DNA of 39,006 nucleotides from a virus (taxonomy: Duplodnaviria; Caudoviricetes): positions 1 to 39,006 of IMG/VR virus record IMGVR_UViG_3300020477_000064; one strand, 5' to 3'. Below the pieces are notes generated by a model, which saw only the letters and a program-made list of their open reading frames with translations, did no database searches and was not told the origin of the DNA. Numbering within the stretch: the first letter of the stretch is position 1; each line of letters starts with the position of its first letter. The position numbers and the translations under genes were made by a program. Below, piece by piece: positions 30,196-36,075 of the stretch.

Positions 30196-30381
30196 ATGAT
30201 TAAACTAGATAATAAATATTACAATGTTAATAACATAGCATCTTTTGGTAAAGTAACCAATAAAGTGACAAAGATTACATTCATGTCTATTACATTTATT
30301 AATACAATAAATGGACAACATGGTATCAATCTACCTTTCAATCAAGATGAATGGGATAGGTTGATAAAACTTAGAAGTTGA
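30196..30381 (+). CDS. hypothetical protein
   Basis: 61 aa, GAGGGG RBS; YYNVNNI motif similar to the 30889 ORF. Confidence 0.7.
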   Translation: MIKLDNKYYNVNNIASFGKVTNKVTKITFMSITFINTINGQHGINLPFNQDEWDRLIKLRS

Positions 30382-30392
30382 TAATAATCGCG

Positions 30393-30441
30393 CCTCCTGA
30401 GCTAATGTGAGGAATGCCTTCGTGGGTGTTAAACTGGCTCA
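30393..30441 (+). ncRNA. small structured element, possible pseudoknot
   Basis: UGAGCUA/UGGCUCA and AAUGCC/GGUGUU helices; CCUC/GAGG crossing helix. Confidence 0.4.
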
Positions 30442-30613
30442 ATAATTAAGCTTCATTGAAGAAGACTATGGTTGTCAACCTTGTAGCACTAAGAATGATC
30501 AACTTAGTGATCTACTAAAGGATGTAAAAGAGAACGTAGATAGAGGGCGTAACACAATGGAAACAAGTCTAGTGAGTAGCTTATCCATAGCAGTGAAAAC
30601 TAGACATTAAACC

Positions 30614-30691
30614 AAGGGATAGGTCGTGGAGTAATGAACCACTATCATACGTATTGTTATGTGTTGATACCTCTGTGGTGATCTGTCCCTT
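30614..30691 (+). ncRNA. 78-nt branched RNA element
   Basis: 12-bp closing helix AAGGGAUAGGUC/GAUCUGUCCCUU, internal GUGG/CCAC and UAUCA..UACGUA/UAUGUG..UGAUA arms. Confidence 0.5.
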
Positions 30692-30695
30692 AAAT

Positions 30696-30757
30696 TAGCC
30701 CCATGAGAGGCTGAACTAATATCTCAAAACGTAGCCCCATGGGAGGCCTGTATCCCA
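30696..30757 (+). repeat. tandem imperfect repeat of an H-type pseudoknot (36-nt period)
   Basis: TAGCCCCATG(A/G)GAGGC at 30696 and 30732, each followed by TATC(T/C)CA with compensatory change. Confidence 0.65.
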
Positions 30758-30782
30758 CTAACCATTAATAAAGGAGTTGATA

Positions 30783-30896
30783 ATGAATGAAGTATTTGAT
30801 TTGTTGTGGTTTATAGATCTATCTATAACTGCAGTATTAAAAGCGTTGTTAGTAATAATAGCTTATAAATATTTAAAAAGGAGTGACAATGGATAA
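30783..30896 (+). CDS. small membrane peptide (37 aa)
   Basis: MNEVFDLLWFIDLSITAVLKALLVIIAYKYLKRSDNG; AAGGAG RBS. Confidence 0.6.
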   Translation: MNEVFDLLWFIDLSITAVLKALLVIIAYKYLKRSDNG

Positions 30897-31155
30897 ACAA
30901 TGGATAATGATTACTGGAGTATTGTACAATTTGAATCACATATATAAGATATATTATGAAACAGCTAATGATATTAATTATTTATGTTTAGTAAGGACAG
31001 ATGATACTGAGATAAGAATACAAATGAAGAATGCTGGTGAATATGTAGTTGAGACATTAAGACCTCAGTTAGCATTTAATAATTTTTGTGATATGTCTGA
31101 GTATCCTGATTATGAAGATAAGAATCTAAAATATCTTCCTGATGATGACTATTAG
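30889..31155 (+). CDS. hypothetical protein
   Basis: MDKQWIMITGVLYNLNHI...; AAGGAG RBS favours ATG 30889. Confidence 0.7.
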   Translation: MDKQWIMITGVLYNLNHIYKIYYETANDINYLCLVRTDDTEIRIQMKNAGEYVVETLRPQLAFNNFCDMSEYPDYEDKNLKYLPDDDY

Positions 31156-31160
31156 TAAGA

Positions 31161-31571
31161 ATTGGTGAGAGTAATGGTGAATAGGTAGCTCCTATTTATT
31201 ATTATGCGTATGAAACCTGTGAACTGTACTGGAAACCAGAGTGGTTGAAGACAGAGGCATTCAGGTATCTGAGGTAAAGGCGTTGTGGCCGCTAACCAGT
31301 CAAATGATTGGCAGCAGGTTAATTTCCCTTGAAGGAGTAGCGTGACTTAAAAATATAAATAGAGAATACTCTGTTTTCCTTGGGCTTACATAAACAACTA
31401 TGGTAACGATGGTGTAGGCTATTTAATCATTAACCTATGATGGGTAATATTGATGTATCTATAGCTAAATAGATATGAGGTATAAGGAGACATCCTAATG
31501 ATGAAACAAGTAATCTGTTATAGTCAAAAGATCTTGCGGGTGATATTCTAATCCCGTCATACCTCACCAAT
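31161..31571 (+). ncRNA. large (~411 nt) structured non-coding RNA candidate
   Basis: No ORF of 60 aa or more; ends pair (AUUGGUGAG/CUCACCAAU); many internal helices; abuts the tmRNA-like gene. Confidence 0.6.
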
Positions 31572-31576
31572 AATTA

Positions 31577-31656
31577 GGGCGTGACAGGTTTCGACCATAT
31601 TTCAATGCTACATTGTAGCCGAGTATGGTACGTGAGTTCGATTCTCACCACGTCCA
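31577..31656 (+). ncRNA. miniature tmRNA-like RNA (tRNA-like domain only, Ala identity)
   Basis: Acceptor GGGCGUG/CACGUCC with G3-U70 and A73; stemless D-loop ACAGGUUUCGA; helix CCAUAUU/AGUAUGG; T-arm GUGAG-UUCGAUU-CUCAC. Confidence 0.8.
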
Positions 31657-31677
31657 CAAATAATAAAGGAGTTGATA

Positions 31678-31806
31678 ATGAACAACGAGAAGAGACGTAG
31701 AAATATTCTTAAGAAACATCATCGTAATTGTTGGTGGATAAAAGAATGGTTTAGACAAGATTTACATTATAATTATAACCAAAATAAAAGGAGCACACAT
31801 GAGTGA
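31678..31806 (+). CDS. small basic protein (42 aa)
   Basis: MNNEKRRRNILKKHHRNCWWIKEWF...; AAGGAG RBS. Confidence 0.55.
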   Translation: MNNEKRRRNILKKHHRNCWWIKEWFRQDLHYNYNQNKRSTHE

Positions 31807-32098
31807 AGGAGCATTAGAATATACATTAATTAAAGAAACTAAAGTTAATGTAGAGGTAAGTGATATAATAAATGAATTAGCTAGCATAGTAGATGATAAA
31901 CTTGATGGTTATTATTTATATGACAGTCAGCCACATTTATCAAATGATGATGATGGTGACAGTATTACAGTTTATTTAAGTGATGATGACTATGTAGAAG
32001 GTAGTCCAGTTGAATGGAAACCATTATTTACTAAAGCTATTAAGAGATTAGCTCAAGATATAGCTGATGGTATTGAAGAAAGAGGACCAGTAGAATAA
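31799..32098 (+). CDS. acidic hypothetical protein
   Basis: 99 aa, AAGGAG RBS, D/E rich. Confidence 0.75.
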   Translation: MSEGALEYTLIKETKVNVEVSDIINELASIVDDKLDGYYLYDSQPHLSNDDDGDSITVYLSDDDYVEGSPVEWKPLFTKAIKRLAQDIADGIEERGPVE

Positions 32099-32110
32099 TT
32101 GTCAACCCAA

Positions 32111-32171
32111 CGAGTAAGCCCAAGGGTAATGTAAGACCTTGATAGAGGCAATCATCCCTAGGGCGAACTCG
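32111..32171 (+). ncRNA. hairpin carrying 18-nt motif AAGACCUUGAUAGAGGCA (copy 1)
   Basis: CGAGU/ACUCG, GCCC/GGGC, AGGG/CCCU, AUG/CAU and CCU/AGG helices; motif at 32133-32150. Confidence 0.55.
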
Positions 32172-32189
32172 ATAACAAGGAGAAATAAA

Positions 32190-32267
32190 ATGGAATTAGC
32201 AGGAATAGTAGTGTTGATAGTAATAGTAGGTTTTGTTTATAACACATTCTTTAAAAAGGAGAAATAA
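32190..32267 (+). CDS. small membrane peptide (25 aa)
   Basis: MELAGIVVLIVIVGFVYNTFFKKEK; AAGGAG RBS. Confidence 0.6.
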   Translation: MELAGIVVLIVIVGFVYNTFFKKEK

Positions 32268-32268
32268 T

Positions 32269-32784
32269 ATGGGGTATGATTTATATGGTGTAAATCCAAG
32301 ACAAGTAAATATGAAAGATTATCCATTGTTAGTTAAATGGGAAAATAAATCATTTGATGAGCGTCAAGAAATGCCTGAAGAAGATAGAAAAGAATATTGG
32401 GATCAGATGCAAGCTAGAGATACTGAGTCTGGTGAATATTTCAGAGCAAATGTATGGTGGTGGCGTAGAATATGGATGTTTACATGTGAAGTATGTGATG
32501 ATGTAATGGATACATGGCAAATAGATGCTGGTGATAGTAATAGTGGTGTTGAAATAGATGAAGAGACATGTGCTAAAATGTTACCATTAATGAAAGAAGC
32601 TGTCAAAGATGGTTCAGCAATGGAATATCAAAAGACAGTAACTGAATATATTGAAAGTGCACCCAAGAAGGATAATGGAATGTATGAAGATGAACATTGG
32701 ATGGCTAATTATCCATTTGATGTAAAGTTCTTTGAAAGTTTCATTACATTTGTAGAGCGTAGTGGTGGATTCACAATATCATAA
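32269..32784 (+). CDS. phage hypothetical protein
   Basis: Start MGYDLYG with AAGGAG RBS; GEYFRANVWWWR and terminal SGGF.I motifs. Confidence 0.8.
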   Translation: MGYDLYGVNPRQVNMKDYPLLVKWENKSFDERQEMPEEDRKEYWDQMQARDTESGEYFRANVWWWRRIWMFTCEVCDDVMDTWQIDAGDSNSGVEIDEETCAKMLPLMKEAVKDGSAMEYQKTVTEYIESAPKKDNGMYEDEHWMANYPFDVKFFESFITFVERSGGFTIS

Positions 32785-32811
32785 ACTTAGCCTTAGCGGG
32801 TTATGTGCACG

Positions 32812-32865
32812 GGGGTGACCTGAAGACCACTCAGAACTAGTCCGATAGTAACTAAGTCTCACCCC
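32812..32865 (+). ncRNA. small branched RNA element
   Basis: GGGGUGA/UCACCCC closing helix; contains CUGAAGA. Confidence 0.4.
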
Positions 32866-32871
32866 AAAGTT

Positions 32872-32976
32872 TGATGTAATCATGTCAGTCACGGACTTTT
32901 AGTCTAAGAGAACCTGTATGGCGCTGTAAGCCTCATGGGCAAGTCCCATGGACGAACAGTTGCATTGATTACATCA
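32872..32976 (+). ncRNA. 105-nt multibranch RNA element
   Basis: Perfect 11-bp UGAUGUAAUCA/UGAUUACAUCA closing helix; GGACU/AGUCU, CUGU/ACAG, GGC/GCC and CAUGGG/CCCAUG arms. Confidence 0.55.
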
Positions 32977-33028
32977 TTAATTTAGGTGATACCAGGGAAC
33001 TGGTGTTTTCTAGTCGAAAAGAAATACT

Positions 33029-33104
33029 GGTGGATATTGACAGGCGAGTAGATACTAGTTAAAGACCTTGATAGAGGCACGATACTAACGAGGGTCAAGC
33101 CACC
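33029..33104 (+). ncRNA. hairpin carrying 18-nt motif AAGACCUUGAUAGAGGCA (copy 2)
   Basis: GGUGG/CCACC, UUGAC/GUCAA, UAGU/ACUA and CCU/AGG helices; motif at 33062-33079. Confidence 0.55.
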
Positions 33105-33146
33105 TTTATTTCTATATCTATAAATATCAACATAAGGAGAAAAACG

Positions 33147-33458
33147 ATGGAATTATTAACAAAATCAATAAAAAAGGTAGCAGAAGAACAGTATGAAAAA
33201 GGTAGTGATATGAGTCAAAAGGTAGTAGCTAAATTCTTTGATCCTGTAGGTAGTTGGACATGGTATCTAATGAATAAAGATCCAGAGTCAGGATATTGTT
33301 GGGGCATTGTAGATGGTATGGCTGTTGAAATGGGTTCATTTATGATAGAAGAGCTTGAAGAACATACTGGACATTTTGGATTAGGTATTGAAAGAGATAC
33401 ATTGTTTGATCCTGTAGAAGCTAATACTATATGGAAAATGTTAAATGAGAGTAAGTGA
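33147..33458 (+). CDS. DUF2958-like protein
   Basis: VAKFFDP.GSWTWY, WGIVDG..VEMGSF..EEL and GLGIERD..F motifs. Confidence 0.75.
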   Translation: MELLTKSIKKVAEEQYEKGSDMSQKVVAKFFDPVGSWTWYLMNKDPESGYCWGIVDGMAVEMGSFMIEELEEHTGHFGLGIERDTLFDPVEANTIWKMLNESK

Positions 33459-33627
33459 ATATATAGATTATATAACCAGAACAGATGTTCATTTAGGCAA
33501 GAATGTAAAGCCTAGTGAATATACTCACATAACAATACGTATGGTACATAAGCGTCAGCGTTATGAGTATCAAAAACAAAGGAGAAAAGATGATATCAAT
33601 AGAAAAAGATTTGCAAAGAATAGTTGA
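33445..33627 (+). CDS. hypothetical protein
   Basis: 60-aa ORF bridging the flanking genes. Confidence 0.55.
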   Translation: MRVSEYIDYITRTDVHLGKNVKPSEYTHITIRMVHKRQRYEYQKQRRKDDINRKRFAKNS

Positions 33628-33748
33628 TATGTGGTGGAAACATGAATTTGATCATTGGGAAGAAAATGCAAATCCTGAAGATCATATATTTCACGCACTA
33701 AATAACATAAAAAACTGGCTAGAAGGCCAAAGGAGAGACAATGAGTAA
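33590..33748 (+). CDS. hypothetical protein
   Basis: MISIEKDLQRIVD...HIFHAL; AAGGAG RBS favours ATG 33590. Confidence 0.65.
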   Translation: MISIEKDLQRIVDMWWKHEFDHWEENANPEDHIFHALNNIKNWLEGQRRDNE

Positions 33749-34271
33749 TAAAATAAGTGTACAACAAAGAAAGTATTTCGTAACAAGAATAGAAAACTCT
33801 ATCAATGATAAGATAGAAACATTAAGACAAAGTAATGCAGCGCAGGTGCAGAATATATCTGAAGCAGCATATAATAAATATCTTAAATTATTAAAAGTTG
33901 ATAAAGACTTAAAGGTATTTGAGAAGCTTGATGCAAGACACAAAAAACTTCAATCTAAGTTAATTCAAGTTTATGAATCTGTTAAATCTAGTCAAATTAA
34001 AAGTGGCAAGGTATCATCTTGGGATAATAATTATCCTCATTTATATACTAGCTCAGATGCTAATACTATTAACGATGGGTATAGATATCTTTGTAATCAA
34101 ACAGCAGTAAAGAATGAAGATGAGACAAGAGAAGGTAAGCTTATTAAGCAGCTTGAAGCTAAGAAAAGAGCTGCAATTGATGAGTTGCATGGTGTAAATG
34201 AGTTAGCTGGTCTTAAAGCTACTGTTAATAACATACTTAAAGGTGCTGATGTGCCTTTGTTAGGAGAGTAA
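33741..34271 (+). CDS. helical hypothetical protein
   Basis: 176 aa, AAGGAG RBS. Confidence 0.8.
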   Translation: MSNKISVQQRKYFVTRIENSINDKIETLRQSNAAQVQNISEAAYNKYLKLLKVDKDLKVFEKLDARHKKLQSKLIQVYESVKSSQIKSGKVSSWDNNYPHLYTSSDANTINDGYRYLCNQTAVKNEDETREGKLIKQLEAKKRAAIDELHGVNELAGLKATVNNILKGADVPLLGE

Positions 34272-34272
34272 T

Positions 34273-34536
34273 ATGTCTGAGAAAAAGGATTATACTAAGA
34301 TATGGAATAAAACAGCTAATGATTTATTATTAGGTAAGAAAATCATTAAAGTAGAGTATATGGGGACTGAAGAAGCTGTAAATGCTATGTGGGATAACAG
34401 GCCTGTAAGAATAATACTTGATGATGGAACCAATATATTACCAATGCGTGATGATGAAGGTAATGATGGCGGTGCTTTATGGTTAGGTAATCATAATTTA
34501 GATGAAGTATTACCTGTCTTAAGAGGAGAAGAGTAA
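34273..34536 (+). CDS. phage hypothetical protein
   Basis: 87 aa; LLGKKI..VEY and P.RDDEGN.GGAL motifs. Confidence 0.8.
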   Translation: MSEKKDYTKIWNKTANDLLLGKKIIKVEYMGTEEAVNAMWDNRPVRIILDDGTNILPMRDDEGNDGGALWLGNHNLDEVLPVLRGEE

Positions 34537-34688
34537 TGAATGAGTGGAGTGAGTGTTGTAATGCACCAGCTTTGTATTGGAAATGTCCTGATGGAGAATT
34601 AGATCCATGGGACTTTTGCTCTGATTGTTTAGAATGTACTAGTTACTATGAAGCTGAAGAACCAAGGGAGGTTAAAGATGAAGACTAG
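34536..34688 (+). CDS. small Zn-ribbon-like protein (50 aa)
   Basis: MNEWSECCNAP...FCSDCLEC; TAATG coupling, GAGGAG RBS. Confidence 0.7.
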   Translation: MNEWSECCNAPALYWKCPDGELDPWDFCSDCLECTSYYEAEEPREVKDED

Positions 34689-34848
34689 ATTATTTGCACC
34701 ATTTAAAAATCAAGAACACCAACAAGAAGCATTTGAAGAGTTATTAAGTAAGATACCTAAGACAAGACAATGGTATTTATGTATGTATCTAGGTCAAATG
34801 GAATCTACAATTGTGGAGGGATACAAAGATGACAAAACAGACAGTTAA
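34678..34848 (+). CDS. hypothetical protein
   Basis: MKTRLFAPF...; GGAGG RBS favours ATG 34678. Confidence 0.7.
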   Translation: MKTRLFAPFKNQEHQQEAFEELLSKIPKTRQWYLCMYLGQMESTIVEGYKDDKTDS

Positions 34849-34951
34849 GGAATGTAAACAATGCGAACAAAGATTTGTTTACTGGTGGTTTGAGGAAGAA
34901 GGAGACATTTGTAAGTTTTGTGAACCTGTAACTATTACTATTGTAAAATAA
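34829..34951 (+). CDS. small CxxC...CxxC zinc-finger protein (40 aa)
   Basis: MTKQTVKECKQCEQRF...ICKFCEP; GGAGG RBS. Confidence 0.7.
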   Translation: MTKQTVKECKQCEQRFVYWWFEEEGDICKFCEPVTITIVK

Positions 34952-34962
34952 AGGAGATTACA

Positions 34963-35142
34963 ATGGGTAAATTAAAAGATGCATTATGGGATTGGCTTGA
35001 AGATTATGGTAATGATTTAGGATACGATTGGGATAATTACCCTGATATAAGTCAATGGGATAATATTAAGATAAATAAAATAACTGCAAGGGAGTATTAT
35101 GAGAACTATAGAAGTGGAAGTAACAGAAAAACACGCAAGTGA
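34963..35142 (+). CDS. hypothetical protein (59 aa)
   Basis: MGKLKDALWDWLEDYG...; AAGGAG RBS. Confidence 0.7.
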   Translation: MGKLKDALWDWLEDYGNDLGYDWDNYPDISQWDNIKINKITAREYYENYRSGSNRKTRK

Positions 35143-35461
35143 AGGAACTCCTGGAGAGGCTGATTGTTGTGCTATTGCTTTAGCAATTCACGAACAAGAG
35201 TTTTCTGGAGAAGAACATATGTTTGCAGAAGTTAATGCTGATGGGACTATCACTGTTATGATGGAAGGAGAATATGAAGAAGAAACTGGGTGTAAACCAA
35301 GAGAAGAATTATATACTTTATATCCTGATGCAAAAGATGAAAATGCTATAACTTTATTTATTGAAGATTATGATGCAACTGGTTCTGTTGAGGATTATGG
35401 AGAACTAAGTTATATGAACTTCCCATATCATTTTAAATTCTTTAGGCCTGCAGATGAATAA
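35099..35461 (+). CDS. acidic hypothetical protein
   Basis: 120 aa; VT..H...G......CAIALAI motif. Confidence 0.75.
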   Translation: MRTIEVEVTEKHASEGTPGEADCCAIALAIHEQEFSGEEHMFAEVNADGTITVMMEGEYEEETGCKPREELYTLYPDAKDENAITLFIEDYDATGSVEDYGELSYMNFPYHFKFFRPADE

Positions 35462-35711
35462 GGAAGACATGATAAGAATGATAGAGTCTGGTGAGAAATT
35501 GCCAGACTACTGTCATGAAGAGTTTGATAATATAATATTCTGTAAAATAAAGGAGAAGAAAGATGTCAAAGTTCATATCAAGCGTACTAGACGAAGCTTC
35601 ACGGATGTTGGTAAATCACCAAAGTTGGGCATATCTAGACAAAATGCCAACAGCAGAACAGTTAGATGTAATCCAGAATTACAACAACGATCCAAGAGAG
35701 CAGACAAGTGA
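35454..35711 (+). CDS. hypothetical protein, long overlap with the next gene
   Basis: Start overlaps the upstream stop; 3' 149 nt overlap the 35563 ORF, so the C-terminal part is doubtful. Confidence 0.45.
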   Translation: MNKEDMIRMIESGEKLPDYCHEEFDNIIFCKIKEKKDVKVHIKRTRRSFTDVGKSPKLGISRQNANSRTVRCNPELQQRSKRADK

Positions 35712-35799
35712 TTATATAGTAGTCGTATTTAAAAAAGATGAAATGGCTGCTAGACATTTTAAAAGATGTGAAGAACTAGGATTAAACCAGGAGGAATAA
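35563..35799 (+). CDS. hypothetical protein
   Basis: 78 aa, AAGGAG RBS, TAATG coupling to the next gene. Confidence 0.7.
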   Translation: MSKFISSVLDEASRMLVNHQSWAYLDKMPTAEQLDVIQNYNNDPREQTSDYIVVVFKKDEMAARHFKRCEELGLNQEE

Positions 35800-35981
35800 T
35801 GGAAGAAACATACGTAGATAAAATAACTAAGATTAAAAACTATGTTGAAGAACGAATGCAACAGATTGATGAACTTGGAAATCATTTTATGAAATTAGGC
35901 ATGTATGACGATGTCAGGCAGGCTGAAATTGAAGGTAGAGGAAATGAGTTAATAAAAATCTATGAAATGATACCAAGATAG
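35799..35981 (+). CDS. hypothetical protein
   Basis: 60 aa, AGGAGG RBS. Confidence 0.7.
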   Translation: MEETYVDKITKIKNYVEERMQQIDELGNHFMKLGMYDDVRQAEIEGRGNELIKIYEMIPR

Positions 35982-36075
35982 TGTATATTTAGCCAGTCGT
36001 ACATGATTTCCTATAATCAGGATAGGGGGGAAGCAAAGAGCTATAAACCCCCCTTTCCACTTTCAAAAGGTATAA

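Noticed and set aside
30696-30726. Minimal HDV-like/theta ribozyme
   Set aside because: No P3/L3 element; only a simple H-type pseudoknot can be drawn.
31350-31393. tmRNA tag reading frame in the upstream large RNA (two-piece tmRNA idea)
   Set aside because: Best candidate reads ...NREYSVFLGLT*, lacking the Ala-Ala-type ending; both acceptor strands are in one unpermuted piece, unlike two-piece tmRNAs.
31577-31656. Canonical tRNA-Ala
   Set aside because: No D-stem and no 5-bp/7-nt anticodon arm; the layout matches the tmRNA tRNA-like domain instead.
30696-33079. CRISPR array
   Set aside because: Repeats occur only in pairs, with no regular repeat-spacer periodicity and no cas genes in the window.
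36016-36041. SRP RNA domain IV mimic (UCAGG...GGAAGCA)
   Set aside because: The apical stem and GNRA loop cannot form.
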